A stretch of DNA of 26,850 nucleotides from an uncultured virus (IMG/VR IMGVR_UViG_3300047352_000567) (Duplodnaviria; Heunggongvirae; Uroviricota; Caudoviricetes), in the IMG/VR virus record IMGVR_UViG_3300047352_000567; one strand, 5' to 3'. The notes under the pieces were generated by a model. The model had not been told where the DNA came from. It saw only the letters and a program-made list of their open reading frames with translations, and searched no databases. The translations under genes and the position numbers were made by a program. Below, piece after piece: positions 16,220-24,544 of the stretch; position 1 is the first letter of the stretch, and every line of letters starts with the position of its first letter.

Positions 16220-18814
16220 TTAAGGCCCTTGTTGTCCTGAAGTTAAGTTATTCCATAGCGTATCGGGATTATATGTAAAAGTTGCCGTTCCATTTGAGTT
16301 TATGCCTCGAATTATGCTTTTAGTAGAAGATGAAGCAGTATTACCCGAAGCTCCATCACCTATTGCTGCATAATATGTTCCATTTGGCAGTGCGCCACTT
16401 CTTGTTGAATCATAGGTTCCATTTTTCCAGTAATGTAACTTTTTAGTGTTTCTATCAAGCATAAAAGAATAGGTAGCTCCCCCGCTCGCAGAACCCTCTC
16501 CTCCATAGTGTCCTGTAGTATTTGTAGTAACATCTCTTAAATGAAGATCAGAGTTAATCTTTGCAGTACTTATAAAACCTCCGCTATAATATGCTTGAGA
16601 AGAGTTAGTTGTAAACTCATAATATACTTTAGAAAGCCCTGATTGACTATTAGCAATAGTATAAGTAGTATGGGTAGCAGAAAGGGTTCCTAAGTTGCCT
16701 GCATTATATACCTCTATGTTATTTCCATTATCATTTAATTGCCATCCTGAGCCGCTATTGTAATAATTATTAGTTGTTGTCCAATTTACATACTCATAGA
16801 AAGCTAGTGAAAACGTTGAAGAAGCACTATTGGTTCTTACCCCATCAAAAGCTTTAAATCTAGCTGTAAATGTTCCGGCATTAGAAGCAGTAGTACTAGG
16901 AGTTACTGTAAATGTGCCCCCACTTTGACTAATTGTAGCTTGAGCCTGGTTAGCCGGGGTAGTATCATGACTATAAGTAATGGCAAAGCCTTCTGGATCT
17001 GTAGCAGCTACTGTAACAGTGGTTGCTGTTCCGTCTAAAGCCAAATCATAGCTAGCCGCCGGACTAGTAGTAAACTCAGGAAGCATATTTTGTCCACTAA
17101 AAATTCTATCCCACTCTGTACCGTCCCACCCATAAAAAGCTTTTACATCCGTTACAAAAGCTAAATCTCCGGCAGTATTTCCAGAAGAAGGAAGAGCTGC
17201 GATATTTGCATATGTAGTAACACCCCCGCTGCTGCTGACTAGAAGCCCAGCTGCCGCAGCTGCCGCAATTTCGCCTTTTACAATTAGCTTAGTTGCTGAG
17301 ATAGCGGTTCCTGCTAACACTGAAGGAGTCCCTGCACTTGTTGAGAGTGTACCGTCGTTTTGTATATAATGAGACTGCCCAGGAGTTAACCCAGACTGAG
17401 CATCGTCTACAGAGCCAATAAGTTGAATTGTGGCAGTAGCAGAATTAGCATAAGCTGCATCGGAGACTCCTATATAGTTATTTGCTGTAAGATTTGTAGA
17501 ACTCGAATCAGCAAGTTGTAGTACAACAGCCGTTCCACGATCAGAGTTTCCCCCGTCTTGATAAACAAATACTGACTTTCCTTCATTTGAATCAAATGTA
17601 CCTCCCTGGTAAAAAATCGAGCCATTATTAGCATAAACTACTGGACTACCAAAACTAATGCTTGTACCAGATACAGTACCCGCTATTGCAGTCCCATAAC
17701 TAGAGTTTCCTGAGTCCTCATAACCAACTACGATTTTATTTATATTTGAAGCAAAGTGAGCTGAAAGATAACTTGCGGCATCCGTTTCAAATACCGTTTC
17801 ACTTCCAAAACTAATACTTGTTCCAGATACTGTACCTACAATTGCTGTTCCCCGAGTAGAGTTTCCGTCATCTCTATATAAAACAACAATTTTATCGTTA
17901 CTCGAATCATGTACAACTTGTGTATATTCTATATTTGCTGTATTAAAAGTAGCATAGCTACCAAAACTAATACTTGTTCCAGATATTGTACCTACTTGTG
18001 CTCTGCCGTGCCCGCTATTTGAATGTGCTCTATAAGCAACTATAACTTTATTATTAGTTGAATCAAATCCAAGTGCAGTACGAAGATTGATTCCAGAGTA
18101 ATAAACATATTCGCTACCAAAACTAATACTGTTACCAGATACTGTGCCTACAATTGCAGTTCCATAGCTATTATTGCCACTATCTCTATAGGCAAATACA
18201 ACTTTATTTGCGTTTGAGTCAAATGTAGCTGCTAACTCTGTAGTATTTCCACTATTAAATACGACTTCACTTCCGAAACTAATACTTGTACCAGACACTG
18301 TGCCTACAATTGCAGTTCCATAAGAGCTATTATCACTATCTTTATAGCCAATTACAACTTTATTTGCATTTGAGTCAAATACAATTTCAATCTCTTGAGT
18401 ATTTGCACTTGCAAATGCAACTGGAGTGCCAAAACTAATACTGTTACCAGATACTGTGCCTACAACTGCATAGCCATAAAAATTATTGGTATGTGAGTAA
18501 GCAATTACAACTTTATTTGCGTTTGAATCAAACGCGGCTCTAGCAAACCTGGTGGTATCTGATTCAAATACAGTAGCACTACCAGTACCAGCACTACTTC
18601 CTGTCTGTGTAACTGCACTTACAGTACCATCAGAGTTTACTACAACCATATCTCCATTTGCAAGGGTGCCGCTTGCAACTGCTGTAATACTAGGATTCGC
18701 TGCTGTAGTAGCAGTGATCTCCCAGGTGGAAGTACTACTACTATAGGTATAAGTTCTGCCGCCTGCTGTTATTGTAGCTCCATTACTCGGGCTATCTGTA
18801 AAATTAACTGCCAT
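16220..18814 (-). CDS. Modular virion fibre / receptor-binding protein (864 aa): N-anchor, beta-propeller cassette, cadherin/Ig-like domain, SPRY/ConA-like C-domain
   Basis: AGGAGAATAAA RBS. Seven FDS..NKVVIAY / GTVSGxSISFG blade repeats. PEFTT...ATDPEG..ITYS Ig-like segment. KVYYEF...MLD..KKLHYWKNG SPRY-like segment. Ser/Thr/Gly/Asn rich. Confidence 0.75.
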   Translation of the reverse strand: MAVNFTDSPSNGATITAGGRTYTYSSSTSTWEITATTAANPSITAVASGTLANGDMVVVNSDGTVSAVTQTGSSAGTGSATVFESDTTRFARAAFDSNANKVVIAYSHTNNFYGYAVVGTVSGNSISFGTPVAFASANTQEIEIVFDSNANKVVIGYKDSDNSSYGTAIVGTVSGTSISFGSEVVFNSGNTTELAATFDSNANKVVFAYRDSGNNSYGTAIVGTVSGNSISFGSEYVYYSGINLRTALGFDSTNNKVIVAYRAHSNSGHGRAQVGTISGTSISFGSYATFNTANIEYTQVVHDSSNDKIVVLYRDDGNSTRGTAIVGTVSGTSISFGSETVFETDAASYLSAHFASNINKIVVGYEDSGNSSYGTAIAGTVSGTSISFGSPVVYANNGSIFYQGGTFDSNEGKSVFVYQDGGNSDRGTAVVLQLADSSSTNLTANNYIGVSDAAYANSATATIQLIGSVDDAQSGLTPGQSHYIQNDGTLSTSAGTPSVLAGTAISATKLIVKGEIAAAAAAGLLVSSSGGVTTYANIAALPSSGNTAGDLAFVTDVKAFYGWDGTEWDRIFSGQNMLPEFTTSPAASYDLALDGTATTVTVAATDPEGFAITYSHDTTPANQAQATISQSGGTFTVTPSTTASNAGTFTARFKAFDGVRTNSASSTFSLAFYEYVNWTTTNNYYNSGSGWQLNDNGNNIEVYNAGNLGTLSATHTTYTIANSQSGLSKVYYEFTTNSSQAYYSGGFISTAKINSDLHLRDVTTNTTGHYGGEGSASGGATYSFMLDRNTKKLHYWKNGTYDSTRSGALPNGTYYAAIGDGASGNTASSSTKSIIRGINSNGTATFTYNPDTLWNNLTSGQQGP
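17649..18465 (-). repeat. Six 156-nt-period repeats encoding GT(V/I)SG(T/N)SISFG propeller strands
   Basis: CC(A/G)AAACTAAT cores at 17649, 17805, 17961, 18117, 18273, 18429. Confidence 0.9.
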
Positions 18815-18815
18815 T

Positions 18816-19070
18816 TTATTCTCCTATCTGTTCACTCGATGGCTCAGTCCACTCCGAATTTAATGTCCACGTTGAATCGGCATAAATATATTTACAGCCG
18901 GTCCAGTCACTAGGGGGTGTAACATTCTCCACTACAGTAACATTACTCGAGTTTAAGTCTCCAATAATGAAGTTAGGAGTAGTTATAGAGTCTGAGTTAA
19001 CAGATAGAGATACGCTGTCCTCAAAAATATATAGAGACCAATTATTTTCGTTCCTGATTATTGTTTTCAT
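18816..19070 (-). CDS. Small fibre-associated protein, possible tail fibre assembly chaperone (84 aa)
   Basis: Sits between two fibre genes. C-terminal ENVTPPSDWTGCKYIY...WTLNSEW resembles fibre-assembly-type small proteins (recalled). GGA RBS. Confidence 0.6.
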   Translation of the reverse strand: MKTIIRNENNWSLYIFEDSVSLSVNSDSITTPNFIIGDLNSSNVTVVENVTPPSDWTGCKYIYADSTWTLNSEWTEPSSEQIGE

Positions 19071-19076
19071 AATTTT

Positions 19077-22000
19077 TTATCCTTTTACAATTAATTTAGT
19101 TGCAGATACTGCAGTTCCTGCGAATACTGAAGGAGAATCTGCAGATGTTGAAAGTGTACCATCAGTTTGTACATAGTAAGCTTGACCAGCCGTTAGCCCG
19201 GATTGAGCATCATCTACTGAACCAACTATTTGAATTGTAGCAGTAGCAGAGTCTGAATATGCTGCATCTGCTATTCCTATATAGTTGGTTCCTGTAAGAT
19301 TTGTTGAACTCGAAGCAGCAAGTTGTCCTACAACAGCAGTTCCATAATTTGAATTTCCTCCGTCTACATAAGAAAACACAGATTTATTTGAAACTGTATC
19401 AAAGGTAGATCCAAAAAAAGAACTATTTGCACTCTCTAATGTAATTTCTGTGCCAAAACTAATACTGGTACCAGAAACTGTTCCTGCTATAGCATTCCCG
19501 TAACTAGAATTTCCTTCATCCTGATAAGCAATTATAACTTTATTTGCTCCTGAATCAAAATGAGCAGATATGTGATTTGTGGTTGCATTGTTAAACGTAG
19601 CTTCACTGCCAAAACTAATAGTTGTACCAGAAACTGTTCCTACAATAGCAGCCCCAAAATAGCTGTTTGCTAAATCCCTGTACATAATAACTACTTTATT
19701 ATTAGCAGAATCAAATACCGCATTATTATACTCTAAATTAGCTCCTGAAGAATTATAGGTTACTGATGAGCCGAAACTAATACTTGTACCCGATACTGTT
19801 CCTACTTGTGCTCTCCCGTGCCCACTATTTGAGTGAGCCCTGTAAGCAACTATAACTTTACCGTTGCTAGAATCAAATGCAAGAGCATTACGAAGACTAA
19901 TTCCTGTATAGTAATTAACTGGAGTACCAAAACTAATACTATTACCCGATACTGTTCCTACCACGGCTGTTCCATAGCTAGAAACAGTATTATTCCTATA
20001 AGCAACTACAATTTTATTATTGGTAGAATCAAATGTAATTGCAGTATCTGAGGGATTGTGCGAAGCTACATTGACAGGAGTGCCAAAACTAATACTTGTA
20101 CCAGAAACTGTTCCAACAACCGCTGTCCCATAATTTGAATTACCGTGATCTCTATAAAAAATCACAACTTTATTTGAGTTTGAGTCAAATGTGGCTGTAA
20201 CATAGCTTACTTCTGCACTTTCAAAAACAACTGGAGTACCAAAACTAATACTATTACCCGATACTGTTCCTACCACGGCTGTTCCATATTGTGAGTTTCC
20301 AACGTCTTCATATGCAATTACAACTTTTCCGGAATTTGAGTCAAACGTAGCTGCAGTATAGGAAGTAGAAGCAGACTCAAATACAGTTGCAGATCCTACG
20401 CCTGCACTGCTTGATGTTTGCGATACTGCACTTACACTACCATCGGAGTTTACTACAACTAAATCTCCATTTGCAAGGGTGCCGCTTGCGGTTGCTGTAA
20501 GAGTTCCTCCGCCGGAGCCTTCATTGTCCGCAGCGGGAGCCCACTCACTTCCACTCCACTTTAGCACCTGGCCCGCGCTAGGACTTGTAGTACTTACATT
20601 TGTTAAGTCCGATAAAACGCCCGATACTGTTCCTGAGTCAGGATTCGCAAATTCAACCCATTGATTACTACTCCCATCCGCATAGTAAATATAGGGTGTT
20701 AGAGAAGAGGAGCTCCACCATAGATCTCCAGATGAGGGGCTGCCGGGAGCGCTATCTGAAACTGTTACAGAAGCTCCTCCGCTACTTTGTGCAGTCCAGC
20801 TTAAATTACCAGATCCATCTGTTTTTAATACATAATTTGCAGTTCCATCCGCAGTAGGCCAACTTAATCCATCAAGTATGATTTTTCCTGAGCCATTTGG
20901 AGTTATCGAAATATTTCCATTACTAACAGAAACAATGCTTTGTCCGTTTACATCTAAAGAACCTCCAAGCTGTGGAGTGGTATCTGCAACTACAGAGGCT
21001 ATTCCTCCGCCGGAAGTAGAGTATCCATAGCTTAAAATCTTATCTTCAATTGCAGCAGAAGTCATTAGAGATGTATCATTGTTTGCAAAAGACTCAGAAC
21101 TTAATTGTATAGAGTTAGCCGCAAACTCTGAAACTGTTAAATCTGCAACATTTAGAGTAACACTACCTGAGGTTCCTCCACCAGATAAGCCGGTTCCTGC
21201 AGTTACTCCTTCTATATCGCCGGAAGCTGTGGAAGAGCTAGTAGTATGCTCCATTAATAACTCTGTCGCAGAAATAGCAAGACCCATTTTAACGTTGTAA
21301 CTATCTGCCGTAGTACTTAAAGTACCATCAGATGTAAGATAGTATGTAGAGCCTGTTGTTAAACTGGATTGATTTCTGTCAACTCCACCAATTAAATTTA
21401 CAGTGCCCGAAGCGCCCGCAGAAATAGCTTCTTCAGCGATACCAACTATTGTTTTATCAATATTTGTTGCAGTGACTGTTTGCTGTATACCATACATTTC
21501 ACCATCAAGCTCACTAATCATACCCGCGCCTTGACCATATCTGGTATAACCAAACATCAGCCCTCCAGTTTTGTATATCAAAGTACCGGGGTGAATAGTA
21601 TTACTGTGCGTCATTACATTAACGCTTGAACCGGATGCAGAGATTCCTCCATTGGAAGCCATAGTAAGACGACTTAGCATTAATTTACGATTACTATTGT
21701 AGGAGCCATTTACAAGCAGCACTACAGTATTTGTATCAGGGTCGACCGTGGCTACTGCAATTGCAGCACTAAGAAAGTTATAGTTTAGTCCAGAATCCGT
21801 TCCTTTGTCTGAAATTGTAACATCGCCATTTGCTTCTATGGTAGCGCTATTAAATCCTACAGGCCAAGTTCTATAATTAGAACCATCATTAAATCTAATC
21901 TGATAGAGCATCATAAATTTTGCACGATTCGGAATATATACTACATTTAATCCTGTAGCATTCTCTCCATCAAAATATACATTTCCGGGTTGATCGCTGC

Positions 22001-24350
22001 TATCTAGCTCTGTATTTACTACAGCCGTTTGGGTGCCTAGCGTTATAGTACCACCAGAAGAAGTCCACTTTCTAAAGTAAACATCTTCTCCAGAGCCGTA
22101 AACGGCTAGACCCGCGTCTCTTACAGGATCGTATGCCACTGAAGTTGCAGAAGGAGCAGAGCCTAGAGTTACCGCTGAGCCTACTGAAAAAGTATCATTT
22201 GAGCTATCATAGGTTAGAGCTCTCATTAGTCCATTTGAGCTATCTTCGTATGCTATTACCCACTTTCCATCATTATCATCATATACAATATTATTATTGC
22301 TGTTCCAAGTTGAACTACCACTCCAAATTTGAGTATTACTGCCCCAAGTTATTGCCCCCGTTGATGTATTAACAGTACCAACTTTATAGTAAGTATTTGA
22401 ACCATCAGAACCAATCATAACAAGCTTGTTACTTGCAGCCATAAACATAGGACCACCAGTAACTTGAGCTGTTGTACCTGGTAAAGTATTCCTAGATGTA
22501 ATTGTAGCAGTTCCATTCGCTGCTAAGGTAACCCAGGCATACTTAACACTAGAAGATTCGTAAGTTAGTATAAATATTTTATTATCATATGCTGGAACAA
22601 GTACTGCTTCCTCAAAATTAGAGTTACTTGTTCCCAAATAGTCTATCGTAGTAGTTGTTTGAGTAAGCGCTGCACTTGTAGTACTTTCACCCGCGGTCGC
22701 ATACTGAGAATTTGCTGTATCATATACAATTACATTGCCTGCACTTGCAGCGTCGGAAATAGTAAGTTCTGCTTGTACTGTTTTAATTTGATCTACAAAA
22801 GATAAAGTACCGCTTCCATTGCTTTGTAATACTTGGTCTGCATTTCCATCATTATTCGGAAAGGTAAGAGTATAAGAAGCATTAGCACTATGAGGAGGCC
22901 CCTGTAGTTTAATGCCATGAGAATTTTGCTCACAGTTTAGAGTTATAGAGCCAGAACCTGCTGTAGAATTACCTCGTACTTTAAATAGTCCGGAGCCATT
23001 TGGATCTATTTCTACGTGGCCATTGCTTGCTGACGTTATGAGTTGCCCGTTTACATCAAGCCCTCCGCCAAGCTGGGGAGTTGTATCAGTAACTATGTTT
23101 GGTACTATATTTGCTGAACCGTCGAAAGATACTCCCCCGATAGTTCTTGCAGTAGTTAAAGTAGCTGCAGAGCCTGTAGTGTTTTGATTTCCTGCTGTAT
23201 TAACACCCGGAAGATTGATATTTGCAGACCCATCAAATGATACTCCCCCGATAGTTCTTGCAGTAGTTAAAGTTGCAGCAGAACCTGTAGTGTTTTGATT
23301 TCCTCCAGTATTTACACCTGGAAGGTTAATATTATTAGAGCCATCAAACGATACTCCTCCAATAGTTCTAGCAGTCTCCAGTATAGTTGCTTTTGCGGCT
23401 GTTCCGGAAGTATTTTGATTTCCCGCTGTATTAACACCCGGTAAATTTATATTTGCAGACCCATTAAACGATACGCCACCAATAGTTCTTGCAGTCTCAA
23501 GTGTGCTAGCGGTGGCCGCGTTTCCAGTAGTGTCTTGATTTCCCGCCGTATTAACACCCGGAAGATTTATATTTGCAGAACCGTCAAACGATACACCTCC
23601 AAGAGTTCTTGGTGTAGTTAAAGTAGCAGCAGAGCCTGTAGTATTTTGATTACCCGTTGTATTAACACCTGGAAGGTCTATATTTGCAGACCCATTAAAC
23701 GATACGCCACCAATAGTTCTTGCAGTTTCTAATGTTGTTGCAGTTGCAGCGTTGCCAGTAGTATTCTGGTTAAGAGTGCCTACAGTAAAATCTACTGTGC
23801 CATCAGTATCATCATATGCTACAGTTATACCACTTTCAGTATTACCCGAAAACATTGCTCCCACAGTGTCTTGAATTTGCTCGGATAAACTAATATCTGC
23901 AGAACCATCAAATGCTACTCCATGAATAGTTCTTGGTGTAGTTAAAGTAGCAGCAGAACCCGTAGTATTTTGATTTCCTGCTGTATTAACACCCGGAAGA
24001 TTGATATTTGCAGAGCCATCAAAGGATACTCCACCGATAGTTCTTGCAGTAGTTAAAGTAGCTGCAGAACCTGTGGTATTTTGATTTAGAGTTGCTACTG
24101 TTGCGTCTATAGCACCGTCTCCCGCATCATCATATGCAAAAGATATACCATTATGAGAGCCGTTGGTTACTAGCTGAGCTCCAACTAAATCCTGAACTTG
24201 TTCATTCGTTAGCCCACCCCCGCCTCCGCCTCCGCCTCCGCCGGAAGTTACCTCCCAGCGAGACTTACTGGAGTTAAACGTATAAGTTACTCCTCCGGAT
24301 GTAATTGTGTCTCCATTTGAGGGAGAGTTTGTAAAGTCTACAAATGCCAT
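19077..24350 (-). CDS. Large tail/virion fibre protein (1757 aa) with fibre shaft repeats and two beta-propeller cassettes
   Basis: AAGGAG RBS. Poly-Gly linker, eight TARTIGGVSFDGSANI-type repeats, two DTTPQLGG.LDVNGQ motifs, one divergent and one regular propeller, LSDLTNV...GQVLKWSGSEW motif. Confidence 0.8.
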   Translation of the reverse strand: MAFVDFTNSPSNGDTITSGGVTYTFNSSKSRWEVTSGGGGGGGGGGLTNEQVQDLVGAQLVTNGSHNGISFAYDDAGDGAIDATVATLNQNTTGSAATLTTARTIGGVSFDGSANINLPGVNTAGNQNTTGSAATLTTPRTIHGVAFDGSADISLSEQIQDTVGAMFSGNTESGITVAYDDTDGTVDFTVGTLNQNTTGNAATATTLETARTIGGVSFNGSANIDLPGVNTTGNQNTTGSAATLTTPRTLGGVSFDGSANINLPGVNTAGNQDTTGNAATASTLETARTIGGVSFNGSANINLPGVNTAGNQNTSGTAAKATILETARTIGGVSFDGSNNINLPGVNTGGNQNTTGSAATLTTARTIGGVSFDGSANINLPGVNTAGNQNTTGSAATLTTARTIGGVSFDGSANIVPNIVTDTTPQLGGGLDVNGQLITSASNGHVEIDPNGSGLFKVRGNSTAGSGSITLNCEQNSHGIKLQGPPHSANASYTLTFPNNDGNADQVLQSNGSGTLSFVDQIKTVQAELTISDAASAGNVIVYDTANSQYATAGESTTSAALTQTTTTIDYLGTSNSNFEEAVLVPAYDNKIFILTYESSSVKYAWVTLAANGTATITSRNTLPGTTAQVTGGPMFMAASNKLVMIGSDGSNTYYKVGTVNTSTGAITWGSNTQIWSGSSTWNSNNNIVYDDNDGKWVIAYEDSSNGLMRALTYDSSNDTFSVGSAVTLGSAPSATSVAYDPVRDAGLAVYGSGEDVYFRKWTSSGGTITLGTQTAVVNTELDSSDQPGNVYFDGENATGLNVVYIPNRAKFMMLYQIRFNDGSNYRTWPVGFNSATIEANGDVTISDKGTDSGLNYNFLSAAIAVATVDPDTNTVVLLVNGSYNSNRKLMLSRLTMASNGGISASGSSVNVMTHSNTIHPGTLIYKTGGLMFGYTRYGQGAGMISELDGEMYGIQQTVTATNIDKTIVGIAEEAISAGASGTVNLIGGVDRNQSSLTTGSTYYLTSDGTLSTTADSYNVKMGLAISATELLMEHTTSSSTASGDIEGVTAGTGLSGGGTSGSVTLNVADLTVSEFAANSIQLSSESFANNDTSLMTSAAIEDKILSYGYSTSGGGIASVVADTTPQLGGSLDVNGQSIVSVSNGNISITPNGSGKIILDGLSWPTADGTANYVLKTDGSGNLSWTAQSSGGASVTVSDSAPGSPSSGDLWWSSSSLTPYIYYADGSSNQWVEFANPDSGTVSGVLSDLTNVSTTSPSAGQVLKWSGSEWAPAADNEGSGGGTLTATASGTLANGDLVVVNSDGSVSAVSQTSSSAGVGSATVFESASTSYTAATFDSNSGKVVIAYEDVGNSQYGTAVVGTVSGNSISFGTPVVFESAEVSYVTATFDSNSNKVVIFYRDHGNSNYGTAVVGTVSGTSISFGTPVNVASHNPSDTAITFDSTNNKIVVAYRNNTVSSYGTAVVGTVSGNSISFGTPVNYYTGISLRNALAFDSSNGKVIVAYRAHSNSGHGRAQVGTVSGTSISFGSSVTYNSSGANLEYNNAVFDSANNKVVIMYRDLANSYFGAAIVGTVSGTTISFGSEATFNNATTNHISAHFDSGANKVIIAYQDEGNSSYGNAIAGTVSGTSISFGTEITLESANSSFFGSTFDTVSNKSVFSYVDGGNSNYGTAVVGQLAASSSTNLTGTNYIGIADAAYSDSATATIQIVGSVDDAQSGLTAGQAYYVQTDGTLSTSADSPSVFAGTAVSATKLIVKG
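19453..20288 (-). repeat. Six ~156-nt-period propeller repeats, including an exact 60-nt duplicate
   Basis: Cores at 19453, 19609, 19771, 19927, 20083, 20239. 19917-19976 is identical to 20229-20288. Confidence 0.9.
23106..24090 (-). repeat. Tail-fibre shaft repeats (37-40 aa, T(A/P)RTIGGVSFDGSANINLPGVNTAGNQNTTG), 8 copies
   Basis: Directly visible in the translation and as 111-120 nt direct repeats. Confidence 0.92.
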
Positions 24351-24361
24351 TTATTGCTCCT

Positions 24362-24535
24362 TTATGCCCATCTTTGGGGCGGGGCCGAAGATACCGCTAT
24401 TTGAGGCGGAATCACAGTTATCTTAACAACATTTGCCATTATAACAGGCTGAATAGTTGTAGTTGTAGTAGCCGTTTTAACAGCTGTAGCCATTAATGTT
24501 GGCTGAATTGTTGATTTTGTTGCTATATCAGTCAT
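24362..24535 (-). CDS. Unannotated 57-aa Thr-rich ORF
   Basis: Hand-translated as MTDIATKSTIQPTLMATAVKTATTTTTIQPVIMANVVKITVIPPQIAVSSAPPQRWA. AGAGAA RBS-like site upstream. Fills the gap exactly, and its TAA abuts the AGGAG RBS of the next gene. Confidence 0.7.
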   Translation of the reverse strand: MTDIATKSTIQPTLMATAVKTATTTTTIQPVIMANVVKITVIPPQIAVSSAPPQRWA

Positions 24536-24544
24536 TTATATTCT

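Noticed and set aside
16220..16800. Possible diversity-generating retroelement target (Asn-rich C-terminal binding domain)
   Set aside because: No reverse transcriptase and no template/variable repeat pair with adenine-specific mismatches in the window. Cannot be excluded elsewhere in the genome.
17649..20288. CRISPR-like look of periodic conserved repeats with variable spacers
   Set aside because: The period is a multiple of 3 (156 nt), the repeats are degenerate and in-frame within long ORFs, and there are no cas genes. These are protein repeats.
24376..24390. CTTCGGCCCC on the - strand resembling half of the terminator at 16181-16190
   Set aside because: No complementary GGGG arm upstream and no U-tract. 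It lies within the 57-aa ORF.
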